From a candidate division WOR-3 bacterium (lineage in GTDB: Bacteria > Hydrothermota > Tepidihabitantia > Tepidihabitantales > Tepidihabitantaceae), in assembly GCA_965648905.1 (NCBI GenBank), contig CBFGIT010000014.1:1-64000 (forward strand): a DNA stretch of 64,000 nt, in the 5' to 3' direction. Under the pieces are notes generated by a model. That model searched no databases. It was not told the DNA's origin and worked only from the letters and a program-made list of their open reading frames with translations. Each line of letters begins with the position of its first letter. The stretch's first letter is position 1. The translations under genes and the position numbers were made by a program. This document shows positions 8,197-17,606 of this stretch, piece after piece.

Positions 8197-10728
8197 GTGA
8201 AGAGAGTCGTGTTCGCTGCAACGGTGCTCCTGGTTCTGGTCCCGGCCGCAGCATTGGCCCGGGTTCAGGTCAGGTTGCACACGCCACCTGCCGGACGTCT
8301 CGGAGTCGAAGACCTCTGGTGGGTGGAGCTTTACAGCCGTGAGGGCGTGCGCCAGACCGTCTGGCTTGAGGGTCGTGTCAGCGAGGCCCGTCAGGGTGAG
8401 GTGTTCCGCGCCCGCAGTAACCGGTTCGAGCTGAACCTGGCTCCAGGCGAGCGGCGCACCATCCGGTACCGGGACATCACGGTCGAGGAGCCGTGGTACA
8501 AGCGCGGCTATGAGGCGTTCTATCTGCGGACCGGTACGGTGCCGGAGGGCGACTACACTTACTGGGTGCTGCTTCAGCCTGATTTGGGCGGCGATACCGG
8601 CCGGGTGCGGGTGAGCCCGAGCGGGCCGCCCCGGCTTCAGACCCCGCTTGACAATGCCCACATCACCGAGCGCAATCCGCGGTTTGCGTGGCTTGCACCG
8701 ATGCCGGCAGTGCCCGAGGTAAGTTATGAGCTGAAGCTGGTTCAGGTGCTGCGCGGCCAGACACCAGAGGCGGCGATGATGGCCAATCCGCCGTTCTTTT
8801 CGGCCAGCGACCTGCGGACAACCTCGCTTGTCTACCCGCGTTCGGCCCGGCCGCTGGCAGCCGGTGCGCGCTATGCCTGGCAGGTGAAGGCGTTCAATCG
8901 CGGCACGCTGGTCGGCTCAAGCGCAGTCTGGAGTTTCTGGTTCATTCTGGGCGGGGGCGGGACTGGACCGATTCCCTCGAACGAAATCTACTTCTGCGAC
9001 GGCGGCGAGACCAAGGGCGCAGTCTACCGCTACACCGGCGTCGAGACCAAGGTCTACCAGCGGCCGGCCAACCGCATCTACAGCTTCTGTTTCGCACCGT
9101 GGGACCGGAATCGGCTCTATTTCGTGGACGCCAATCAGTTCAACATCTATGTCAAGCGGCTTGTGCCGGGGGCGCCGGCTGAGTCGATCGTCTACACGCA
9201 CACGACCTATGTGCGCGACATTCACATCACCAAGGACGGAGCGATCTACTTCAGCGAGGCGACCGGGGCCGGCGGTGACGGGAAGGTCTGGCGTCTGAAT
9301 ACCGACGGCACCAGGACGTTGTACTACACGGTCCAGCTTTCCCGGGTCAACGGGTTCTGGGGCGGGGACTTCAGTTTTGACCCAACGGGGACGCTGTATC
9401 TGAGCACCGGCAACCGGATCGGTTCGAGCATCTATCGGGTAGACGTGGCCGCCAACACCGTGACGCCGGTCTACACCATCAGCACCGAGGCGATTGCCGG
9501 GTTCACGTTTGGGCCGGACAGCCTGGTCTACTACGGTGACTGGGGCAAGAAGATCTACCGGCTTGACCTGGAAAGTGGTGTCAGAATCGCGGTCTACAAC
9601 CGGGCGACCCGCAAGTGGCTTTCGGACGTCGGGTTCAGACCGAGCGAGACCGGAGTGACACCGCCGGGCGGGGTCGGTAACTGGGTGCTGGCTTACGGCG
9701 TGGGTGGCACGACGCTGGAGCGGATTGACACCTTTGGTCTGACCGACTACACCGAAGGGAGCCTGGTGATGAATGACGCGCCGTTCGGCGGACATCTCGG
9801 ATTCCGGTCCGGTTCTTCGAGCGCGATTCCGACGGCCGACATGTACTACTACCGCTGGCAGTACCGGCGCGACGGCGAAGTCGGCTGGCATGACTTTGAC
9901 GAGAACGTGGTCGTTCACTATGTCAAGGAAGCGCCGGGCGAGATGCCGTCGTTCCCGACCTACAAGCTTGGGCCGAATCCGATCGGCGGCAAGAACCTGT
10001 ACCAGTTCCGGCCTCATGACCCGCCTTCGATTCCCGGCGCAGTGACCTACTGGCCGACAAGCGGTTTTCTGGGCGACATCTACTCCGGTCTCCTGCATAC
10101 AGTGTCGAAGAGCCTGGGTCCGGGCAGATACGCGGTCCGGCTGAGCGTCTACGATTCGCTGGGCAATCAGACCCTGCCCGGAGCCGGGACGTTCCGGTTC
10201 CTGATTCCGACCGCACCCGAGGCCGGCGGGACGATTCCGACCCGACAAGCCCTGCCGGGCGAGATTGTCGATGGCGGAGTCCGGTTCTATCTGCATGTGG
10301 ACAACCGGCCGTGCAGCGCCTACATTGCCGCGCCGACGATCGGCGGGACACCGGCTTCAGACACCTGCGGATTCCTGCGCTACGACCCGGCTGACCCGGC
10401 ACCGGTTTCAATCCGGTTCCACGCGTCGCACCCGGACTCGTTCGCGGTTTACGGGTTTCGCATCTACCGCGGCATCTTCACGGTTGACAGCTCGGCCGTG
10501 GCGTATCCTGAGGTCGGGGCAGCGGTCGCGGGCGTCTATTCAAGCGACGGTCACGGCAACTTCAGCCACGACTTCCTGCGCTCGACCATGCTCGGGCCGT
10601 GCACTGAGGCGGCGTTGTCCGAGAACCTCTACGTCTATGCCAAGGCAACAACCGGTTGGGGCACGCGCATCTCGGGTTATGACCGGTACTATGTGCGGGC
10701 GTTTGCCCTGGCTGAGAAGAAGCCTTGA
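8197..10728 (+). CDS. Secreted multidomain protein (Ig-like domains, beta-propeller, uncharacterised C-terminal domain)
   Basis: Signal peptide, SD AAGGAGG, YAWQV-type Ig/FN3 strand, repeated D.G.lY propeller blades. Confidence 0.75.
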   Translation: MKRVVFAATVLLVLVPAAALARVQVRLHTPPAGRLGVEDLWWVELYSREGVRQTVWLEGRVSEARQGEVFRARSNRFELNLAPGERRTIRYRDITVEEPWYKRGYEAFYLRTGTVPEGDYTYWVLLQPDLGGDTGRVRVSPSGPPRLQTPLDNAHITERNPRFAWLAPMPAVPEVSYELKLVQVLRGQTPEAAMMANPPFFSASDLRTTSLVYPRSARPLAAGARYAWQVKAFNRGTLVGSSAVWSFWFILGGGGTGPIPSNEIYFCDGGETKGAVYRYTGVETKVYQRPANRIYSFCFAPWDRNRLYFVDANQFNIYVKRLVPGAPAESIVYTHTTYVRDIHITKDGAIYFSEATGAGGDGKVWRLNTDGTRTLYYTVQLSRVNGFWGGDFSFDPTGTLYLSTGNRIGSSIYRVDVAANTVTPVYTISTEAIAGFTFGPDSLVYYGDWGKKIYRLDLESGVRIAVYNRATRKWLSDVGFRPSETGVTPPGGVGNWVLAYGVGGTTLERIDTFGLTDYTEGSLVMNDAPFGGHLGFRSGSSSAIPTADMYYYRWQYRRDGEVGWHDFDENVVVHYVKEAPGEMPSFPTYKLGPNPIGGKNLYQFRPHDPPSIPGAVTYWPTSGFLGDIYSGLLHTVSKSLGPGRYAVRLSVYDSLGNQTLPGAGTFRFLIPTAPEAGGTIPTRQALPGEIVDGGVRFYLHVDNRPCSAYIAAPTIGGTPASDTCGFLRYDPADPAPVSIRFHASHPDSFAVYGFRIYRGIFTVDSSAVAYPEVGAAVAGVYSSDGHGNFSHDFLRSTMLGPCTEAALSENLYVYAKATTGWGTRISGYDRYYVRAFALAEKKP

Positions 10729-10752
10729 GTCAGGTTGGTCTGAGGAGGGCGA

Positions 10753-12519
10753 ATGACGGATGATAGGCCACGGCGAGAGGTTCGGGGGCGGACGTGCGTC
10801 CTGATTCTTGCTCTTGGTGTCGTGTTTTGCGGCGGCCGCTTTCCCGCGGCCGCCGCTCGTGCCGGGCCGGTCCAGTTTTCAGGTTCGGCTGCGCTCAGCT
10901 CGGACGTGAGCGCGATATCCGGGGTCAAGGGCGACACCCTGCGCCGGTCTCAGTCCGACGTGATGCTGACACTCAATCCGACCTTGAGCCTGTTCGGGTT
11001 CCCGCTCGGGCTGGACCTGTTGGTTTCAACTCAGGAGTCGAATCTGCGTCAGGCGCTGAACAAGTTTCGGATGTACTTTGCACCGGACCAACTGGCCCGG
11101 TCTCTGCTCCAGATGCCGGCGTTCATCTTTGCCATCAAGGGCGTGGAAATCGGAACCTGTCAGCCGAGCTACTCGACCCTGACTCTGTCGGGCGTGCCCG
11201 TGACCGGGGCGGCGGTGGAGCTGAATCCGTGGTACGTCTATCTGGCCGGAACCGGGGGAAGAGCCCAGCGCGGGGTGGAAGCATCGGACTCAAGCCAGCC
11301 GGCGTTCAGCCGGATGCTCTACGCGGCCAAAGTCGGCGGCGGCAAGAAGGAAGGGACGCATTTCTACCTGACCATGCTTACTGCCCGAGACGACCCGAAC
11401 TCGATTGCGCGGCCGGTGCTGGTCGATTCGTTCGGCGACTCAACCGAAATCATCACGCCGAATGAGAACTACCTGATTGGAGCGGAGTTCCACCTGAACC
11501 TGGCCGGTGGCGCGTTCCGGCTGCTGTCTGAGGTGTCGGCGATTGAGTTCACTCGGGACCGGCGTCTGCCCATGCTCGATGTTGACGCAGCAAAGCAGGT
11601 CCCGAACTGGGCCAGGAGCACGGTGAAGAAGCTGAACCCGAACCTGTCCAGTTCGTTCGACCTGGCCTATGCCGTCAAGCCGGTATTCAGCCTGTTTGAG
11701 ACGAACGTTGGGGCCGAGCTGAGGATGGTCGGGCCAGGTTATCGCTCACTTGGTGCACCGAGCCTGCGCAATGATAACCTGAGCTATGGCCTGACGGTTG
11801 AGCGCGGGTTTCTTGACCGGCGGGTGAGTCTTTCAGCCTCGGTCAGGCGCGAGCACGACAATCTGGTGGTCGCGCGGGATTCGGCGGGCGAGCCGATTCG
11901 GCTCAAGGCCCTGACCACATTCTATACCGCTTACGACTTCACCGTCGGGCTGAACTTCGACCGGGTGCCGAGTCTGGTGATGAGTATCTCACCCCAAACC
12001 GAGCACAACGACAGTCTGGACGTACGCTCCAGCATCGTGAGCTTCAGCACCGGATACAGCTTCCAGACCGGGCAGGTTGTCCACTCACCCGGTCTGTCGC
12101 TGGCACTGCAGAACTACGGGGTGCGGCCCGGAGAAGGCGGCTACCGGTCATGGGACCTGGGTCTGTCTCATGACCTGAGCTTCAGTTCGCCACTTGCGCT
12201 CGGGTTCGGCTGCGGGTTGTCGCGGACGACCTACCAGGACACGACACCAACTGATGGCACTTTCTACGTCGAGGCGTCGCCCGGGTACACGATGTTCGAG
12301 CGGTGGAATAACACGGTCACGCTGGGCGGTTCGTTTGAACGGCAGGGCAAGCGGTATGATGCCCGCTACAGCACAGGCTTCCCGGTCTGGAAGATATGCG
12401 ACGGCACTGCCAGTCTGGGCTACAGCATGTACCGGGGTGCACCCGACCCAGGCGATGGGAACGAACGCGATGAGCACAACGAGTTCCGGCTGACCGCGGG
12501 TCTGTCCAGGAGCTGGTAG
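10753..12519 (+). CDS. Putative outer-membrane beta-barrel protein
   Basis: Signal peptide, alternating amphipathic strands, C-terminal aromatic residue (FRLTAGLSRSW). Confidence 0.7.
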   Translation: MTDDRPRREVRGRTCVLILALGVVFCGGRFPAAAARAGPVQFSGSAALSSDVSAISGVKGDTLRRSQSDVMLTLNPTLSLFGFPLGLDLLVSTQESNLRQALNKFRMYFAPDQLARSLLQMPAFIFAIKGVEIGTCQPSYSTLTLSGVPVTGAAVELNPWYVYLAGTGGRAQRGVEASDSSQPAFSRMLYAAKVGGGKKEGTHFYLTMLTARDDPNSIARPVLVDSFGDSTEIITPNENYLIGAEFHLNLAGGAFRLLSEVSAIEFTRDRRLPMLDVDAAKQVPNWARSTVKKLNPNLSSSFDLAYAVKPVFSLFETNVGAELRMVGPGYRSLGAPSLRNDNLSYGLTVERGFLDRRVSLSASVRREHDNLVVARDSAGEPIRLKALTTFYTAYDFTVGLNFDRVPSLVMSISPQTEHNDSLDVRSSIVSFSTGYSFQTGQVVHSPGLSLALQNYGVRPGEGGYRSWDLGLSHDLSFSSPLALGFGCGLSRTTYQDTTPTDGTFYVEASPGYTMFERWNNTVTLGGSFERQGKRYDARYSTGFPVWKICDGTASLGYSMYRGAPDPGDGNERDEHNEFRLTAGLSRSW

Positions 12520-12567
12520 GTTGAGCGTGACCTGAATCGGTAGTCAGCAATTCGGTCAGGAGAGTTC

Positions 12568-12599
12568 GCGCCAGGGGCGGCACATGCCGCCCCTGGCGC
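12568..12599. terminator. Hairpin between convergent genes
   Basis: GCGCCAGGGGCGGCA / TGCCGCCCCTGGCGC perfect inverted repeat. Confidence 0.75.
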
Positions 12600-12639
12600 T
12601 GGTTTCCGAGGCAGGAGCTTGTCCTGCCTTGTTCTTGAG

Positions 12640-15600
12640 CTACCGCTCGACCACGAGCTTGTGAGTCAGGGTGTAGTTGTCTGACTCAAGCCGGGCAAGG
12701 TAGACGCCGGCGCTCAAGCTGCGGAGGTCAAGAGTGGTGCTGCCGCTGCGGGTCAGGCCCAGACTGCGGACGAGCACGGCTCGACCGGTCGCGTCGTAGA
12801 TGCTGACGCTTGCCTGACTGGTCCGAGGCAGGCTGTAGTGCAGTACAGCGTACCCCAAGGCCAGCGGATTGGGGAGAACCGCCAGCCTGCCGCCGGTGAG
12901 TTCGAACCGGGCCTCGGCCTGGACCTGGGTCTGGGTGGTGCGTCGAGTCGGTGCCTGCACGATGCGCGCCGCAGGCGTGTACAGCCAGAGCTCGTTGGTC
13001 TTGTTGCCTTTGAAGGCGTAGAGTGCCGGGCTCGGGTACTGAGTCAGCCCAACGATGTCACCGCCGCCCTTGACGCGCTTCTTGGCGGTTCCCACCGGGA
13101 TCGTCTCGGCCTCGGTCCATGAGTCGGCGCCGACGTCGTACTTCCAGAACTCCTGGGTGTTGCCGCCCTTGAGCGCGTAGATGAAGCCGGCGTGGAAAGC
13201 TCCGGCACCGCCGTCCTTGGACTTCTTCTTCTTGCCTGCGCTGTTCAGGGTTGGCATCGGCGTCAACGGCGTGCCCCAGGTCTGGGTGTTCAGGTTGAAC
13301 GCGAGCAGGGTCTGGTACTTGGACTGGTGGCAGAAGATGAGCGAATCAGCCCGGCAGAGCCACGAACCCTTGTCGTACTTGGGCGCTGGGGCAGGCACGG
13401 GAGCGAGCGGCTCCCAGGAGTCGGCCGCGACGCCGTAGCGGTAGAACTCGTTCTTGCCGCCTTTGAGGCAGTAGACGTAGTCCTCATCCGGCGTTGCGCC
13501 AGACACGTAGACCAGGTCGCTGCCGCCTTTCACCTTCTTCTTCGACGTGCCGAGCGGGATGTCGCGCAACTGCTTCCACGAATCGAGCGCGACGCTGTAG
13601 GTCCAGAAGGCGGTTGTGTTGTTGCCTTTGAGGGCAAAGAACAGTCCGTCCTGGTTCGAGCCCGGGGTTCCGACCGCGCCTTTGCTCGGCTTCTTGGCTT
13701 CGGTTCCATCCGGCCAGTCGGTCTTCGCAGTCCAGGAGTCGCCGACCACGTCGTAGCTGTAGAAGTCGGGCTGTTTGTTGCCGCGGGCAGCAAATAGCCG
13801 GGTTGTGCTATTGTCCCAGCCCAGCCAGGCGCCGTCGCCAATCGGTTTGGCGCCAGAGGGCATCGGGCTCTTGAGCGACCACGGCGGCGGCGGCGGCCCG
13901 GTGGTGAAACTGAAGTTGCCGCTCATCGTGTCGTTGGCCGGGTTGCCGTCGTAGGCGATGTAGGTCGAGCACCGGGTCACGTAGTCGCCGGCAGAATGTG
14001 GTTTCGGGATGGTGTCGAAGATGACATCAGCCGATGCCTGCGAGGCGAGCGCGGTTACGGTTCGGGAACTCGTGTAGACGTTCGTGCCTTCGCAACTGAC
14101 ATTGCAGAAAACGGTGAAGGTCGCTGCTTGAGCACCGAAGTTACGGACCGTGGCCGCGGGCACGGCATCGGCCGAGGTATCCATGACCCCGGTCGGCGCG
14201 GTGACGGCAGTGACGCCCACGTCAACTGCCCCGACGCCGAAGTTCACTCGGACCGTGTCGTTGCTTCGCACCTGGTCGGTTGCGAGGTAGGTGAAGCAGG
14301 TGGCAGTGTAGCTGCCCGAGACTGCGGTCCAGCTCGGGAAAGTCACCGCGGTGTCGGCGCCGAGCGGAAGCCCATTGGGCAGGTTGATTGACTGGGAGTA
14401 GACCGAGCCGATTCGGAACTGAATGGCGCACGGCTCGCGCAGGGTTCCCAAGTTGCGCACGGTTGCCTCAGGAGTCACCGGTCCGGGCAGAATCTGGCCC
14501 ACCGGCCGGACAATTGCCCGCGCGCTGTAATCGTGAACGTTGACCGTGACTGAGCCGGTCTGCCGGTTGTTGTCCGGGACCCGGTCATTGTCGAGCATCA
14601 CTGAGCACCGGGTGGCATAGGTGCCGCGCGCCCGGGCAACCCATTGGGCGAAGCTGACCGTGTCAACTGCGCCCGGGGCAAGGTCGGTGACGCGCTGGGT
14701 GTCACTGTAGGTGCCGATGGCGAACAGGACGTCGAACGTGTCGTTTTCCGAACCAAGGTTCTGGACCACGGCGCGCGGTGTGACAGTCGCGCCTGAGTCG
14801 TAAGCGCCGCTTGGCCCGACTATCGCGGTGACCGCGGCATCCACGACCCGGACGTCCACCGACCCGCTCAGGGTGTCGTTGACCGTGACCAGGTCGCTGG
14901 TCATGATCGTCGAACACCGGGTCGCGAAGGTGCCGCGGCCGGGCGGATCCCAGTTTGCGAAGGTAACGGTCCGGAACGCGCCGGGCGCAAGGCTGGCGAC
15001 ACTCTGGGTGTTAGAGTAGCCGCCCTGTATGTCGAACCGCACTTGGAAACTCGCGGTGTCGGTCCCTTCGTTCTTGACCTGAACCTGAGGCGCAATCGGG
15101 ACCCCAGAGTCAACCTTCCCGATTGGTGAAAGGATGACCGTCGGAAGGGCATCCCACACCCTTACTCGCACTGAACCAGTCTTCTTGTTGTTGGTCTGGT
15201 CCCAGTCATTGCCCAGGCGGGTACTGCAGGAAGTGACATAGGTTCCGCGAGGTTGCTGGGTCGGGGTCCAGTTGCCAAAGGTGATTGTGCCGGTTGCGCC
15301 CGGGTCAAGGGTCGAGGATGTGACCGTACTCGTATATGGCGTACCAACGATAATGAAACGCGTGCTGATGGAGGTGCGGACGGAACTCAGGTTGCGGACT
15401 ATCGCCCGCGGCTGGACCGTCGTACCAGAATCGACCGGGTCCCAGGGGAAGAGGATCGAATCCACTTGTGCATTCATGACTCGGCAGAAGACCGACGAGT
15501 TCATTGTGTCGTTCCACGGTCGCTGGTCGCCCGTGCAGTTGACCGAGCACCGTACCGGCCAGGTGCCTCTGGGCCAGGCACTGTAGGTTGGAAACAGGAC

Positions 15601-16398
15601 ACGCGTCTTCGCGCCGGCAGCCAGATTCGAGACCGTTGCCGTGTTGTCGTAGAATGTACCGATACGCATGCGCACCGTGAAGGTCTGGCTCGCAGAACTG
15701 TGGTTCTGAACCGTGCAGGCCGGCTGGACGTTGCTGACGACCGAGTCCAGGGTTGTGCTGTAGTTGGGATAGACCCAGCGGACGTCGACGTCGGTTGTCG
15801 CCGTGCCGGTGTCCGAGACAAAGGCCCGAATCAGCCAGTCGCCTGGCAACTCAGCCGGCAGGGGTGTGCGGAACCGATGTTGGTCGTATGACGAGTCTAT
15901 CCAGTTGGTAGTCGAGCTGAACTGGGCGTTGTCGATTCCCATGCGGGGCCGGGTGTTGACAAACGGGAGAGTATCGTTATAGATGAAGACAAAGAAGCCG
16001 CCGCTGGTGACGCGGATATCGAAGCTCCCGACATAAACCTTGACCCAGCCGGTGGCCGAGGCCCGGCAGGCGGTGTCGAGGAGCACAGTCCCCGGACTGC
16101 CGCCGGCTCCATTGTCGCGATAGATCATCAGCCGGAACGGATTTTCACCTGAAGTGCCGTTGTTGAAGCTGACCGTGTCAATCCGAATCGGGCCGGTGGG
16201 AATGAACTTCATGCCGGCTCCCTGCCGGTAGTTGTCCCAGTTCCAACTGACTGCCCGGTTGCCGTCGTCGTGGTACATCCAGCGGTCGTCAAGCCCGATC
16301 TCAGACCCGGGTCTGGTTTCCTCGGTCACCGGCGCGGCCGCGCCGAACGCGACCGCACAGAGAGCGAGGGTTACGACAAGCGATGCAGCTTTGTGCAT
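12640..16398 (-). CDS. Secreted protein with tandem CARDB/Ig-like repeats, Kelch-type propeller and T9SS-type C-terminal domain
   Basis: Signal peptide; repeated V.N.G...F..W...G.Y...CST...D...ND units; lYalKGgNT.EFW.Y blades; PNP...SIYDATGR...GVYL...KLVVER. Confidence 0.85.
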   Translation of the reverse strand: MHKAASLVVTLALCAVAFGAAAPVTEETRPGSEIGLDDRWMYHDDGNRAVSWNWDNYRQGAGMKFIPTGPIRIDTVSFNNGTSGENPFRLMIYRDNGAGGSPGTVLLDTACRASATGWVKVYVGSFDIRVTSGGFFVFIYNDTLPFVNTRPRMGIDNAQFSSTTNWIDSSYDQHRFRTPLPAELPGDWLIRAFVSDTGTATTDVDVRWVYPNYSTTLDSVVSNVQPACTVQNHSSASQTFTVRMRIGTFYDNTATVSNLAAGAKTRVLFPTYSAWPRGTWPVRCSVNCTGDQRPWNDTMNSSVFCRVMNAQVDSILFPWDPVDSGTTVQPRAIVRNLSSVRTSISTRFIIVGTPYTSTVTSSTLDPGATGTITFGNWTPTQQPRGTYVTSCSTRLGNDWDQTNNKKTGSVRVRVWDALPTVILSPIGKVDSGVPIAPQVQVKNEGTDTASFQVRFDIQGGYSNTQSVASLAPGAFRTVTFANWDPPGRGTFATRCSTIMTSDLVTVNDTLSGSVDVRVVDAAVTAIVGPSGAYDSGATVTPRAVVQNLGSENDTFDVLFAIGTYSDTQRVTDLAPGAVDTVSFAQWVARARGTYATRCSVMLDNDRVPDNNRQTGSVTVNVHDYSARAIVRPVGQILPGPVTPEATVRNLGTLREPCAIQFRIGSVYSQSINLPNGLPLGADTAVTFPSWTAVSGSYTATCFTYLATDQVRSNDTVRVNFGVGAVDVGVTAVTAPTGVMDTSADAVPAATVRNFGAQAATFTVFCNVSCEGTNVYTSSRTVTALASQASADVIFDTIPKPHSAGDYVTRCSTYIAYDGNPANDTMSGNFSFTTGPPPPPWSLKSPMPSGAKPIGDGAWLGWDNSTTRLFAARGNKQPDFYSYDVVGDSWTAKTDWPDGTEAKKPSKGAVGTPGSNQDGLFFALKGNNTTAFWTYSVALDSWKQLRDIPLGTSKKKVKGGSDLVYVSGATPDEDYVYCLKGGKNEFYRYGVAADSWEPLAPVPAPAPKYDKGSWLCRADSLIFCHQSKYQTLLAFNLNTQTWGTPLTPMPTLNSAGKKKKSKDGGAGAFHAGFIYALKGGNTQEFWKYDVGADSWTEAETIPVGTAKKRVKGGGDIVGLTQYPSPALYAFKGNKTNELWLYTPAARIVQAPTRRTTQTQVQAEARFELTGGRLAVLPNPLALGYAVLHYSLPRTSQASVSIYDATGRAVLVRSLGLTRSGSTTLDLRSLSAGVYLARLESDNYTLTHKLVVER

Positions 16399-16612
16399 GA
16401 TGCCTCCTTACTTTGGTCTTGTCAGACTGTCAGCTTGGGTGGTAAGCCATCTCTTCTCGATTCTTCACGGCCCCGGTCCACCCCGGACCAAGCCTGTACC
16501 CACAGAAGCAGGGTCCAAGCGGGGCCGTGGATTCTATGCCCGGTAGAATCCCCCGGCACAATGAACACGTAGCGCGCCGCCGGGCGCGTGACCCATACGA
16601 CGCTGCGTCTTA

Positions 16613-16640
16613 ATTATAGGCAGATGCGCCGCAAAGTCAA
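16613..16640 (-). promoter_or_regulatory. sigma70-type promoter ahead of a ~210-nt leader
   Basis: TTGACT-16-TATAAT on the minus strand. Confidence 0.7.
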
Positions 16641-16676
16641 ACAGAACCGGAGGGTCGGCCCGACACCGTTCTGCGG

Positions 16677-17603
16677 TTAGGCCGGCCGGCCGGCCGGAAT
16701 CGGCACGAACGCGGGCCGCCGTCTAAAAGAGTCAACCAGCTTGCGGCCGAAGGGTAGAAATGCTTCACAACCTTTTACCCGTCGTCTGAAGACCTGGGCT
16801 TCAAACTCATCCGCGGCCAGGTGGTTGACAAGTCGGTCAAGACCGGCTGAGGTAAGCCAGTAGTTGCCGTTGCCGATGACAATCAGGCCGCGGCGCACCC
16901 AATTGTAGATGGTGCGCTCGTCCTTGCTCAGCTTGACGTAAGTGTCGAAGTTATCAACCGGTTTCAGCGAATCCGAGTCGAGGACAAAGGCGATGAGCAC
17001 GAGCGGGAAGGTCTTGATGATTATCTTGAAGCTCGGGGGGAATCCCCGGTTCGCGGGCAGAACTTCAACGCCGGTGATGTTGTCCGGGCTGAGTAGTCGG
17101 TCGATGTCGAACTCGGGCGTGAAGCCGAGTCGGTTGCCGATGACACCGATGCCGACGTTCTGGAGTTCGACGTTGCGGTCGGCCGGCTTCATCAGCCGCA
17201 TCATGCGGATCTTGAAGAAGGCAGTCTCCTGAAGTGCAAGCAGTTCGCGGAAGATGGTATAGGTCATGATTGACGCCACGCCCATCCGTCGGTAGTCCTG
17301 TTTGACGGCGATGTCCCAGAGGCAGATGCCTTTGCCGGGCGGGTCGCGTTCGACAAAGGCCCGGCCAATCTGTTTGCCGTCGAGCGCGACGTAGGCGTTG
17401 GCCTTGGTCTCGAGGATTTCAGTGGTCAGTTCGAGCTGGCGGCCAGCCAGTCCGCCGTCACGCACCAGAATGTGGGTGTGGTCGAGCCAGTCGAAGCGCG
17501 GCCCGATGCGACCCGGAATCCAGACAAACGGGATTTTGGGTCCCAAGTGGCGGCGAAGTGAGGACGCAAGTGGACCAATGAGAGGCCAGTTATGGATTGC
17601 CAT
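16677..17603 (-). CDS. GNAT-like domain protein
   Basis: LWDIAVKQDYRRMGVASIM resembles the acetyl-CoA binding motif A. Confidence 0.6.
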   Translation of the reverse strand: MAIHNWPLIGPLASSLRRHLGPKIPFVWIPGRIGPRFDWLDHTHILVRDGGLAGRQLELTTEILETKANAYVALDGKQIGRAFVERDPPGKGICLWDIAVKQDYRRMGVASIMTYTIFRELLALQETAFFKIRMMRLMKPADRNVELQNVGIGVIGNRLGFTPEFDIDRLLSPDNITGVEVLPANRGFPPSFKIIIKTFPLVLIAFVLDSDSLKPVDNFDTYVKLSKDERTIYNWVRRGLIVIGNGNYWLTSAGLDRLVNHLAADEFEAQVFRRRVKGCEAFLPFGRKLVDSFRRRPAFVPIPAGRPA

Positions 17604-17606
17604 CTC

